Below are positions 1 to 11,482 of a stretch of 64,000 nt of DNA, piece after piece. The position numbers were made by a program, and so were the translations under genes. Within the stretch, counting starts at the first letter, position 1; every line of letters begins with the position of its first letter. The stretch spans positions 2,969,060 to 3,033,059 of the forward strand of contig NW_003314269.1 in assembly GCF_000143415.4 (NCBI RefSeq). Direction: 5' to 3'. Source of the DNA: Selaginella moellendorffii (Eukaryota; Plantae; Lycopodiophyta). The notes under the pieces were generated by a model. It saw only the letters and a list, made by a program, of their open reading frames with translations, did not search any database and was not told the DNA's origin.

Positions 1-421
1 TTGTTGCCGTGCCTCCCTGCTCGAGAGCTCCAGGCAGCCGATCGTTCCACTCATCCCTCCCACCACGGTAACATAACATCTTTCTCTTCGGTGTCAAAGG
101 ATTTTGGTTTTTCGCTTCTAGTGGATGTGGAGCGCCACGCCCGGGAGTTCATGGAAGCGGCGAAGCAGCTGCAAGTATTTTTCATTCGGGTACAGCATGA
201 ACACCAGCCTCCCAAAGAGGAGCTCTTGAAAAAGGTTCGTCTTTTACTCCATGTGATTTTTCTTGTCTTAGAACTTTAGTCTCCAGGAAATTGCTGGGCT
301 CGAAAGCGAGCTCAGGGCGAAAGACGAGCTGATTAAACGGCAGAAGAGGCTGCTCCAGGGATGGCGTGACATTCTCAAAGCGCAAAAGCTCAAGCACATT
401 CATGAGCTCGAGAGAGTCTAA
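1..421 (+). CDS. MED28: Mediator subunit 28, 5'-partial, 3 exons visible
   Basis: LPCLPARELQAADRSTHPSHH / VDVERHAREFMEAAKQLQ / EIAGLESELRAKDELIKRQ...HELERV* matches plant MED28; GT-AG introns; stop TAA 419-421. Confidence 0.9.
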
Positions 422-435
422 AGCAATTTGTAAGT

Positions 436-511
436 TACTTGGTAACGAGTTTGATCTTGGAGCATAGCGTCTATACTTGCTAACGAGTTTGATCTTGGGG
501 CTTAGCGTCTA
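436..511. repeat. 38-bp imperfect tandem duplication
   Basis: tacttggtaacgagtttgatcttggagcatagcgtcta (436-473) followed by tacttgctaacgagtttgatcttggggcttagcgtcta (474-511). Confidence 0.9.
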
Positions 512-1644
512 CCTCGCCAATCCAAAACCGTGTCTTCGTCGCTCTCGTCATCGCTTGATAATTCGTCAAGTAAGTTCTCTGGCTTCTTTGGCTTTGAGCC
601 TCCCGACTTGGTCTCGTCGCGTAACTCGAGCTTTCGTTTCTTAAGCATCTCAACGCGTTCCATACAAACGCTGGAAAAAAACAGAGAGAAAGAAAATCAG
701 AGTTGTGAAAACCCAGAGCAAGAGTCTAGCTCTACCTTTGCTCAATTTCTTCTTCCTCGTGTCGGATTTCTGCTGCTTCAACCTGGATAAATCTATGAGC
801 GAAAGAGAAATCCACACAAAAGAATACGTACCTCCTCTTCCCGGTGCCTATCATCGACTGCCTTGACATCCTCCTCTATAAGCTTGTGGAAATGGTCCAG
901 CTCCTCCCTAGACGCAGAAACCTTTTAGCTTCACACCCAAAACCTGGCAAATACGTACTGCATGTTGATCTTAGGCGCTTCTACTCCTCGAGCCTTCATG
1001 TCCGCGGCCGCATTGTCAAAGAAGCCTTCAGGCAAGGGTCCAGTCGTATCCTTGCTTTGAGCAGGAGGAGCTTCACCATTGCTTGGTTTCCGGTTAGAAT
1101 CGGCTGCAAAGTTAGCTATCTCTCAGTCACGGCATCAAAAGATCACAACTAGGCTTGTCTCACCTCGCTGAGAGTCACCTTTTACTGCCTCCGATTTATT
1201 CCCATTTTGCTCGGCTTTTTGCGCTACTGAGGTCGATCGAGTTGGCTCGGCAGTAGCGGCAGCGGCTTTCAATCGCTTTGCTCGCTCTTTCAACTCATCG
1301 GCAGCCTGCAGAAGAAAAGGATTTTTTTTCCCACTCTCAGCCACCCTGCACAGTGAGAAACTTACTTACGCTAAAACGCGAAAGAAATTTCTCTCTCGGC
1401 TTACTTCTTTGTGCTGTTGAGATGCGAGATGAGCTCCCCAAAGAGCCTCCGTCTTGATCGATATGTTACAGACTTTACAAACAAGCTGCCCGAGATCATT
1501 GTACCTGAGAAAGAAAGAAAATCACTCAGATACTCGCTCTTTCTCAATGATTTCGTACCTCGCCAGAGGTGAATCGATCTTCTCCTTGCGCTCCTCCGCC
1601 TGCCGCAGCCGCGACCGGAACATCGCCTTCCTGGTCGCGTCCAT
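502..1644 (-). CDS. ZNF830: ZNF830/CCDC16-like zinc-finger protein (ARS1-like), multi-exon
   Basis: MDATRKAMFRSRLRQAEERKEKIDSPLAR|YNDLGQLVCKVCNISIKTEALWGAHLASQQHKE (C2H2 finger), LPEGFFD motif, acidic C-terminus ending DWRGRR*. Confidence 0.85.
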
Positions 1645-1691
1645 TCCTCGCGCAGAGAAATTGTAAGAACCCTAAAAACGCAACCCTAAAA
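1645..1691. promoter_or_regulatory. 47-bp interval between divergent start codons with two telo-box-like AACCCTAA motifs
   Basis: CAT at 1642-1644 and ATG at 1692; gaaccctaaaaacgcaaccctaaa lies between them. Confidence 0.6.
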
Positions 1692-3586
1692 ATGGAGCCC
1701 TTGTCAGGTGAAGAGCTCAAAGAGGAGCTCTTCTTGTCCTTCCAATCCGCTGGGATTCTCGGGCGTGTCAAGGTTCTTGTCACGCTGATCGCCACGATTT
1801 CCATGGCTAAAATGCCCGCATTCTTTGTGGTTTTCCTTTTCTCTTTCTCTAGAGCCAGCTGCGATCGGCATTGATTCACAAGCTCCGGGGAGACGACCAT
1901 TCGCTGTTTGATCCATCGATGCGGGCAAGGCCATCGCTCCAGGATCGGATCTTAGCGAGCACGTTTGTGGAGTATCTGGAGGCCTACGGCTTTAAGTTCA
2001 CCCAGTCGGTGTTCTTCCCGGAGAGCCAATTGGACTCTTGGCCACCATTCTCGCGCGATGAAGTGGTGCAAATCCTTCGTCTCGATCTAGCACCATTCTG
2101 GATCACAAAAGAGGTACGTCCTTTGCCTCCTTGAGGTCGTCTTCTCTTGCGAGTTTCGCTTACTTCCTCTTTAGCTTTGAGAACTCTTTGCGCTTGATCT
2201 TGGCTTTCGAGTTTATGTTGCGATTTCTTCCAGGTCTCGGGGGAACGCAGCTGTCTTGCACAGCAGTTGATCGCCATTGTCCAGCATTTTCTTTCCTCGG
2301 CAAGCACTCGAGATTCCTCGACCCAAACTGAGGAGATTGGTCCCAAGAAGCTCGGTTTGTCAAAAGAACTTCTTTGATTCCTCTGATGAAACAATTTAGA
2401 TGCCTGGCTCAAGGAGATCGACGACGCTTTCAAAAAGAAGCTGGAGAAAGAACAAGAGATTAGCTCGTCAAGGACAGCAGAGGAGCGAGTGACAAAACTG
2501 CACCGAGATTTTGACAAACAAGTACGAGCTGAAGTTGATGCTCAGGTAATTTCTTCTCTTCCTTTCCCGTTGGTGGCTTGCGAGCTTCGGCGTTTTACAC
2601 ACACAGGTGAAAAGAATTCGCGAGGTCGAAGTTGCGCAAGCCAGGATGGATGAAGCTGCTTCATACCGTCGGTATGGTATTCTTCTTTCCGCCACTCCAA
2701 CTTAAGTTTCACTGCTTCGACTTGTTCAGGCAGCTAGCTAGTGCTCGAAAGGACTTGGATGACATGCAAAGGACGCTGCGGGAGCAATTGGCTCAACAAG
2801 AGGCGACGCTCGAGGAGAGGTTTCAAGCCAAGCAGAGAGTAAATTGCAAAACTCGACTTCCCAGCGCTTACCTCTTCCAAGTTCTCTCCAGGAAGTTGAG
2901 TTCTTGGCCTATCAACAGCGCCAACGAGCTCTAGAGACCACAGAAGATATTCGTACACGCACTGATAAGCTCAAACTTGACACCGAAGTTCAGGTAGCGT
3001 GACGAATGGATCACTGGTTTCTTACGCTGGCTGCCGTGGATCGCAGGAGAGAGGCTGGCAGAGAAGAGAGGAGGCTTTGCAAGCGAGGGAAATGCAAGTG
3101 AAGATCCGGGAAGAAGATGCAAACCATCTCAAGGAGTTTCTTCACTCCCAGGCAGAAGAAGTTCTTGCAATGTAAGCAGACTTTATTATCTCTTCCAAGT
3201 TTAACACTGTCGGTTTTATTCAGGAGAAAAAACCAACTTGAAAAGGAATACCAGAGCCTTCGCGAGAAGCTGTTGATGGAACGCTCGACACTGGAAGGTA
3301 AACATTTTCGATCTGTAGAGGGAGAATTGCTAAGAATCTGGAGGATTAACGAGAAAACTTCCTGCGTCCAGCCGAGAAAAACCAATTAAACGAGGAGAGA
3401 CGAGCCATTACCTCGTCAAGAAACGATAAAGAGCTCATCCAGGCGCTGTATCGTCGGCTCTCGGCCGAAGAGGCGCAAAGAAAATCACTGCTCGTGAGAA
3501 TCAACGAGGTAGAACATCCAGAAAACACGAGATGATCGCTTGATCTTTACTTTCTGCAGCTCACAGCCGCTGGATCTCCCGTTTGA
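1692..3586 (+). CDS. OFD1: OFD1-like centriolar protein (N-terminal TOF/LisH region plus coiled coil), multi-exon
   Basis: LSGEELKEELFLSFQSAGILGRVK|SQLRSALIHKL...YLEAYGFKFTQSVFFPES resembles the OFD1 N-terminus (LKTQLRNQLIHEL...YSLSVFFPES); followed by STQT and coiled-coil exons; inferred stop TGA 3584-3586. Confidence 0.8.
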
Positions 3587-3781
3587 ATTCCAACCGTCGG
3601 ATCCGAATCTCCGCATGATGCCCAAAAGGAAGATTCCATCCGTTTCTTTTATTTCCACGTTTAGGGTTTGTCAAGGGCGGAGGCGCGGGGGCGCAAGGAG
3701 AAAGGAGGTGAGTCTCCACAATCCCAGCAGGAGCGGCAGATCGATCGGTACGATCGATCAAAAGTTTCAAAGGAAATCAAG

Positions 3782-4384
3782 ATGATGAGCAGCAGCAGCA
3801 GCAGCAGCGCCAGCGCACAGGAGAGGAAATTCGGCGCCGAGAAGGAAATCCGGCTCTACAATCCCTACGATTTCTACGGCACCAGTGGCGGCGCCAGCAG
3901 CGGCGCCGCTGATCTCTACCGGCTGCCCAGCGCGCCCGAGTTCCTCTTCACGGAGGAGGCGGCGTTCCAGCGGCGGTCCCTGGGCGAGAATATCCAGTAC
4001 TACACGGGGGTGGGATACCTTGGCGGCGCTGTGCTGGGCGGAGCCAAGGGGATCTTTGATGGAATAAGGTCGAGGGAGGTGGACGATACCACCAAGCTGA
4101 GGCTCAACCGGGTTTTAAACGCGTCCGGGCACACGGGGAGGAGCATTGGGAACAAGGTTGGCGTGCTGGGGCTCTTGTACGCGGGCGTGGAGAGTGGGAC
4201 GTGGTACTTGCGAGGCGCGGATGATATACTCAACCCGGTGCTGGCGGGGCTGGCGACTGGGGCGCTCTACAAGGCGGCGGCGGGGCCGAGGACGGCAGCC
4301 ATAGCTGGGGCGCTCGGGGGGATTGCGGCGGGGAGTGTTGTGGCAGGGAAGCACATTGTAAGGAGATACTTGCCCAGCCTTTGA
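3782..4384 (+). CDS. TIM23: Mitochondrial inner membrane translocase Tim23, intronless
   Basis: RLYNPY...LYRLPSAPEFLF...RRSLGENIQYYTGVGYLGG...KLRLNRVLNASG...GNKVGVLGLLYAGVESG; Tim17/22/23 family. Confidence 0.95.
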   Translation: MMSSSSSSSASAQERKFGAEKEIRLYNPYDFYGTSGGASSGAADLYRLPSAPEFLFTEEAAFQRRSLGENIQYYTGVGYLGGAVLGGAKGIFDGIRSREVDDTTKLRLNRVLNASGHTGRSIGNKVGVLGLLYAGVESGTWYLRGADDILNPVLAGLATGALYKAAAGPRTAAIAGALGGIAAGSVVAGKHIVRRYLPSL

Positions 4385-5456
4385 AACGCGCTTTTTTGTC
4401 TGCCTAGGAACAAATTCTTTTCTTCTAATAAAATAAAACATTTTTAAAATCACAGGGTCAGTTGTTTACAAGTTTTAACAGTCTGGGCTAGATTTAATGG
4501 GTTATTTTTATGTTCTTTTAACAAATTGCCCCAAAGAAAATGAGTATTTTAGAAATATAAATTTGGGAGCACAAACTCATGCAGTAAGCAAAGCATTATC
4601 ACTCCGCTTGATAACATTATATTAGGACAAACCTGTATTAATGCTTTAGAGATAATAAAACAAAGTGAACCTTCATCTCAGTTGTTTACAAATTGTTTTA
4701 AGAGTACAGAAAGACAGGATACTCTAATCAGAATGTCTGGTGAGATAATAAAACAAAGTGGAAGGCAATTACTATGCTCTTGATAGCATAGCCAGGAGAA
4801 TGAAATTTGCTGAACATTCTCTTTTGATTCTCAGTTGTTTTTTCTTGGTCTGAAGGTTGCGCCATCAATCACGAGCAGCAGCAGCACAGCTCAAAATTTC
4901 ATAACATTTGTCAAACAAGTATATAATAGACAAGTCTCAGACTTTGTGGATTTTCTAGTCAGTCCTACTATACAGTAATCTAAAGACAATAGCAGCAAAC
5001 TTCAAATCTCCGAGTTGAAACTTAAATACATGCAGCGTTGGATCAGTCTTCCATAGACAAAAACCAAAAAGGAGGGAGAAATTAAGTTCTTGAATGCGAC
5101 CGGTGTTGACGAAATGCAAAGCAGGACACTTGTTCTTCATTCTAGAAGTGTCAATTGCATCTTCTCGCATTGACCCACCGTTGACGAAGGCACCCACGCA
5201 GACATTGTCTTGCGTCTCTTTACCACCACTTCACAGTCGTTTTGCCGTCACTCGACTGATTAGAGCTTCCGCTCTACGGCGATTTTGTGGTTGTGTCGCT
5301 CTTGCTGGCACTCCATCCCACTCCATCTCGTATCCATCGCGCTGATCTTGATACGCGACTAGCGCCCGTCTTTCATTGTCCGATCGATACGAGTGATCAT
5401 TCTTATAGGCCGATCGAGATCTTATCGTCCCAGCAGGGAGCGCGAGAGGATATATC

Positions 5457-5984
5457 ATGACAACTTTGATCATGCTGGTGCTGGCTCTCTTGATTGATTC
5501 GCCTCGATGGAGCGTAATTGCAGCCGCAGCAGGCCACCGATATACTTCTTCTTCGTCTTCGTCTTTTTCGTCCTTGATTTCGCCAGTTGCTGGCAGCAGC
5601 AATCACTGGCATCTTATCTCGCCTTCCAGCGCGGGCTTGAGAGTTCTCTCATCTCCATCTCCAGCTCCAGCTCCAGCACATCCAAAGTCTCAAGCTCCCG
5701 TGACTTCTCGTCCAAAGCCTCCGCGAGCTCGATCAGATCCAGGAGGTAGTGAAGACGGCGATGGCAGCGGCGATGGCGATGGTGTGGAGGAAATCTCTCC
5801 TTTGATGCAAGCGATATCGGCGAGAAGACACGGGGGAGGGAAGCAAGAAGGGATAATCGCGGGTGTGGTGTTTGCTTGCATACTCGCCGTGCTCTTGCTC
5901 ATCGCTGGCTCCTACATCTATGTCACCAGGAAGTACCATCTGGAGCGAGTAGGCTCTCTTCGCACAGATTCAAGCGACCTTTGA
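5457..5984 (+). CDS. Small type I membrane protein (signal peptide, Ser/Pro-rich ectodomain, one TM helix), function unknown
   Basis: Hydrophobic N-terminus, SPSPAPAPA stretch, GIIAGVVFACILAVLLLIAGSYIYV helix followed by basic TRK; TATA-like cttata upstream. Confidence 0.7.
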   Translation: MTTLIMLVLALLIDSPRWSVIAAAAGHRYTSSSSSSFSSLISPVAGSSNHWHLISPSSAGLRVLSSPSPAPAPAHPKSQAPVTSRPKPPRARSDPGGSEDGDGSGDGDGVEEISPLMQAISARRHGGGKQEGIIAGVVFACILAVLLLIAGSYIYVTRKYHLERVGSLRTDSSDL

Positions 5985-6317
5985 AGAACAAACACTGGAT
6001 CCATTAAATTTTTTTTTTTCCTTTTTCCTTGGCGATTTCTTCTTGTAAACTGTTCGTAAATTTCACGTAAATTCTCCGCAGATTTTCTTGGCATTTCTTC
6101 ACTAGGCAAAGGATTCAAGAACTTTAATTTCACGTAAGCTTTCCAGATTCTCGAGAAATTACAGTGCATTAGTTTCTACACATGAAAGTTTAGAACTACA
6201 ATGATCTCAAAATTTCCCCCGACTTGGCATCTGCTGGCGTGCATTAGGCCTCGCTGAAAAGAAGAACGACTAAAAAGAAGAAAGAAGAATCAATCTCTTT
6301 GTTTGTCAATCTCTCTC

Positions 6318-9124
6318 TCACTTGTCCATGATCATGCTACTGTTTGCCAGCCCCTGCAATCGCTCGTGAGCCTCGAAGCACTGCTTGGAGAAGGCCCTGG
6401 CCGCGTAGAAGATGCTCGGCAGCCCAAGCTCCAGGCTGCTAATCGTCTTGGCCTTGGATCTCTCCCCGAGCTCCTCGGCCTTCTCCCTCTCCTCGTCCCG
6501 CCTCCTCTTGAGCACCTCCAGCTGCGCTCTCTTCTCCGTCATGGCGACGCTCCGCGCGTTGCTCCCCCCGCGGACCACCTCCACCGGCACCTCCCCGTTC
6601 TCGTCCGTGCTCACAGTCCGGCTCACCGCCGCGCTCCTGGCGTGCTTCCTCTCATACTTCTCCACGTAAATCTCCCGCGCCTTCACCTCCTTCTCCAGCG
6701 CCTCCACCTTCTTCCTGTGCCGCGACTCCTCCTTTTGCATGTCCACGATCAGCTGGAGGTCCGCCACGAACGTGTTGATGGCCTCGAGCGCGCTCCTGTC
6801 CGGGAGCCTGTCCAGCGCCATTTGCCACTCGTGGCACAGCGTGGAGATGGGCTTGGGTGACGCGGCGTGGAAGATCCCCTTGTCCAGCTCCACTGACTTG
6901 ACGCTCACCTTGACGTAAACGTTGAGCTGTTGCATGAAGACTTTGTGGCTGCTCACCACCGAGCCGAAGTACTGGTGCCAGCGGCTGAGCGCCACCTTGA
7001 GCTGCTCGGTCGCCACCTTGTGGAGGCTGTTGGTCGACTCCACCACGTCCGAGCAGTCGAGCTTCTTCATCTCCGCCACTGCCTTGTACTGTTCTTCGTG
7101 GCATTCGTGAGTTTTCTTCCACATCTCGTACAGCCTGTTTTGGTTCTTTCGAAGGTTAGCTTAGCTCTACGAAACTTTATAGCTAGTTTGCGTACCCTTT
7201 GAGGAGCTCCAGAAGTTGTGGATACAGTTCCGAGTCCCGGAGCCTGAGCACGGCGTTGCGAGCCGTGTCCACGCCTTGCATTGCAACGACATGACGGGTG
7301 TGCAGCAATTTCTCCGCTGCTTTTGCCTTTTCGATCGCTTCGGCATTTCCTCCTCTAGATTCCTCCTTTTGTATCCAAGTGTTCTTCTTCTCGAGCTCTA
7401 CGCGCAGGCCTTCAGCTCTCTAAAGGAGACGAAAGAAAAGAGTTAAAGAGACGCGCTTTCATAATTCGAAAAGGGAGAACTAGACCTTGACTTCGTCGTA
7501 CAGCTTCTTCTCCCATGCAAGCAATCGATCTAAAGTGGAGGCGTGGGTTCCAGTCGCGTCACCACTTTCATCATCGAATACCGACTGCTCTGCTGCCGCT
7601 CTGGCCAAAGAGGAATTGCTGCTGCTCCAAGAAATAGCTCTCAGAACCTTCTTTGCATGAGTTTCATCGGCTACAAACACAAAACCGGTGTTATTAGAAA
7701 AGCAGAACCAAAACGAACCAAAAAAAAAGAAAGAGAAGAACTTACATCTGCCATCAATGAAATTTGGATGGAAGGAAACACGCTGCGCCTCGAGCATCGA
7801 AGCCACATGCCTTCCACTTTCGTAAGCCACCTCGAAAGGTTCCACAATGCGCTTGAGCACAGCAACTAGCTCACCGTTGCCTCCTCGTTTTGAAGAAGTC
7901 ACAATGCTCAAGTCGGACTTTGGCAGGTCATAGCTCACAGTTTTTTTCGCTGGTTCTTCCTCAGGCTCAGCCTCCTCGTTTTCTTCCTCCTCTTCACCAT
8001 CTTCCTCTTCTTCCTCCTCTTCGTCCAATTCGTCCTCGTCCTGTTCTTCTTCCTCCTCGTCTTCATCCTCGTCCCCTTCATCCACAGTTGAGGGCCGTCT
8101 GTGCATTTGTTCTTGCTGCTTTTGCTTCAGTTCCATCTCCTGCTGCTGTTGCAGCTTCAATTTTCTTTCCTCTTCTTCCTTTCGCTGGTCACAAAAAGAA
8201 CAAAAAAGCGGACATTAGTTAGCTTTGCCATGCATGCTTCGCACTAATTACCTGAGCTTCTTTTTCTTCCTCCTCTTGAAGCTTCCTACGCTTCTCCTCT
8301 TCGAGTTGCTGCTGCTTACGTCGATCTTCGTCATCGAATTCTTCTTCGTTGTCGTCTGATCTTGGCAACGGCACGGCTGAGTGGGAAAACTCAAACAGAT
8401 CAGACATCATCCAGGACGAGCTCGGAGGTGGCGGTGGTGGCGGAGGTGCCTTGCTCGAAGGAACTGGAGGAGGTGGCGGAGGTGGAACCCAGTCATCTTC
8501 ATCTTCACTCGACACTTTAACATTGTTCTCCACACTTGAAGACTCCTTCACGTCTTTCTGCGGCTCCGTCAACTCCTCTTCCATCACGGAACTTGCTTGT
8601 TGCTCACGAAGTTCCGGCTCAGGCGATGGTGATGGAGATGGAGAAACCTCCTTTTTCTTAATCGTGCTGCTGCTGCTGCTTCGAGCAGCCTTCACCGGTG
8701 GAGTTGACGAGTTGTCGGCGTTCTTTGGCACCGCTGCTGAGGTTTTCTTCCTCTCGAAGTTCATCGGTGGCAAGCTGACAGTTCTCTTCATCGAATTCAG
8801 CACCATGGGTGACGGTGAATTCTTCTGCTGAGACGTTGCCGAAGGCCGGTACAGCGGAGGAAGTGGAGGAGGTTTTGCAGGCTTCATAGGCGTTGCGGTT
8901 GTCATAGGAGTGGACGAAGCAAACGTTGGCGAGGCCGTGTCCTGGAACTCAGCCTCCTTGAACTGGCTGAAGGCGGAGCCGATTGTCTTGAGAGCAATTA
9001 CGTAGTTCGAAAAAGCCGCTGCAAAATTGTGACGAGCGCTCACAGCTTCTTTCACGTGCCTTTTACGACTGCTACAAAGTGCCACGACCTCTTCGTTCTC
9101 GATCTTTGATGTAGCACACCCCAT
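6318..9124 (-). CDS. DUF630/DUF632 protein (APSR1/NRG2/REL2 family), multi-exon
   Basis: MGCATSKIENEEVVALCSSRKRHVKEAVSARHNFAAA (DUF630), poly-Pro and poly-Glu linker, HASTLDRLLAWEKKLYDEVK and MWKKTHECHEEQ (DUF632). Confidence 0.92.
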
Positions 9125-9893
9125 GGTCGACAAAGCTTCCTGTTTTCTCGCACAAAATTCCTATCTTCTATAGTACCTGAGCCTTCCTTGCCTCTTGGGG
9201 TCTCCCAAATTCATCTTTCCCTACTACTCCGTTTAACTTATCTGCTGAATCTGATGCACAGCGCGACGAATTCACCAAAATCTAGCCAAGGGAGTTGAGA
9301 AACCTGCTTACCCAAGTAGGGATCCATTTATTGGTGCTTTCGCGTCTCCACCTAGTCGGTGATGCAGGGAAAGGAGCTTCTTTGCCATACGGAAGCGACT
9401 GGGAAACCGAAGGAGCTGTGTTGTTGTTTCTTGCTGTAGCACAAAGCCAAGGACCCACTAGCATCCTCTTTCTCCTGCCACGCTTTTTCTTGGTGTTTTT
9501 TTCATTGTTGGTTGTACCACCGTGACGATGCTCTTGCACGCAGCGACGCATCTTGCTGCATCACGGATCCATATCCGAACCTGCGAGTAAAAAACTCCAA
9601 GGAAAAAAACAGAATGCGAGTGAGTGAGGTTTAAAAGAGGGAGCTTCTCCTAGCTAAAAAGGAGGAGTAAATGCTGCAGAAGATGCCAGACATCGCAAAA
9701 TAGAGATGTAGATATTGACAGCCAAATTGAATGGATCCTATGTCAAACCAGGAAAAGCAAAATGGAATCAAAACAAGGAGGAAAAATGATAAAAACGAAG
9801 GAAACTTACGCTTTGCCGCTTGCGTGGAGTGATTACTTTAATCATCCAGTTGGAGCCGTTCTTGTTGCGTAGGTATATAATATCTCACTGGCT

Positions 9894-11057
9894 ATGGCGC
9901 TCTTGTTGTCCTCTCTGCCTTTACTCCTATCGGCAACAGCTCCTCGTTCCATACGATCCTTCTCTGCCAGGAGGAGAGGTCCCAGAATTCTCCTGTGTAG
10001 AGCCCAGAGTTCGTCGTCCAAGACCGATGCTGCTCAGGTCTATAATGGTGTCTACGGCCCCTGGTCGATTGATTCGACCGACGTGCGCGAGGTAATGCCT
10101 GAATCTTCGTCGACCATCGTCCTTTTTCTTGAGAATTGGTGTCACTTACTTCCATCACCACCGACTTTTACGCGTTGTGGACTGTGACATGATTTCCTTG
10201 TGTCTCCAGGTCTTCTTGTACAGAGCTGGTCTAGTAACATCGGCAGCTACATTTGTCGCGGTAGCGTCTACGGCGTTCCTGCCGGAAGACAATGTTGTCA
10301 AGTCTGTGATTTCAACTTATCAAGACTTACTTTTTTCGATTGGAGCCGGGTCACTCGGGGTGTCCCTGCTGCTCATACACATCTACGTCACTCCACTGAA
10401 GCGAGCGTTGCAAGTCCTATGGACAGTCGGAGTGGCTGGTTCTATACTTGTAGCATCCAACTTCGCCACTCCAGCTGACAGGGGTCTGGTGGAATTCGTT
10501 GTGGAGAATCCCGCTGCGGTTTGGGCAGTCGGGCCTCTCTTTGCAGCACTCACAGGCCTGGTTTTCAAAGAAGGTAACACTGAGCTCTCCTTTCAGAAAG
10601 AAAAAAAAAATGGAACTCACCACCACTTATGGCTCGTTCGTCAGGATTGTGCTATGGAAAACTAGAGGCGGCACTCCTCTTCTTCGTGATACCATCCTTG
10701 CTCTTGGGTCACCTGGTACGCATCCCATTTTCATGCCTGCACAAAGTTCTTATAAGAAAAACTCATTGCGGCATATCAGTCGGGAGCGATGGATGACAAC
10801 GTAAAGCAAGGTCTACTGGCGGCCTGGATGGGTCTCTTTGCGGTTTTCGCTGGCAGGAAATTCACACAACCAATAAAGGTAGACCTTCTCTGCTTCCTTT
10901 CAAATCTTCTAAAGGAAAAAACCACTGCCAGGATGACATTGGGGACAAATCTATCTTCATGTTTAATGCCCTACCAAAAAGCGAGCAGGAGGCAGTGCTG
11001 CGGTCACGGGCAATGCAAGAAATGCAGGAAAACAACACGGACAGAAGCAATCCATAG
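9894..11057 (+). CDS. DUF2301 plastid integral membrane protein, multi-exon
   Basis: Transit-like N-terminus; VYNGVYGPWSIDSTDVRE|VFLYRAGL, LIHIYVTPLKRALQ, GPLFAALTGLVFKEG|LCYGKLEA, RKFTQPIK|DDIGDKSIF. Confidence 0.9.
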
Positions 11058-11482
11058 GGATCGAGCAAAGACTTCGTAATAAAAGCCATCTACGGCAAGA
11101 AATGTGAGCCAGATCATTGGAGAAAGCGCCATGGATCTAAGGCGCAGCCTCAAGCAGCTGACTCGACGGTGAATCTACGCACTGATAAAAACTCACAGCG
11201 TACCTCGGCGCGGCCGCAAAGCGAGCACGACGACGCTGCAGTAGAACTTGGGTGCGCATAAACCCTAACCCTCGTTCCTCCTCGAGCTTTTACATCCGGG
11301 GATCCAACGGTGGGCAACACTGTCAACGGTGTAGAATCGCCGGAACTCCCGCCCAAAGAAACTTTCGATCAAAGAGGAATGATTAATATATATGGTTGTA
11401 GAGTTCTATTCCAACTTTGCGAGCCTAGCTACATACATCCATATTATAAATCATATCCACGGTCTATCCTCGCTAAAAAAGT

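Noticed and set aside
4440-4760. Short dispersed repeats (cagttgtttacaa, gagataataaaacaaagtg)
   Set aside because: Only two short copies each in AT-rich 3' flanking DNA; no structure supporting a functional element
6303-6860. Long plus-strand ORFs opposite the DUF632 exon
   Set aside because: Antisense shadows of a GC-rich coding exon
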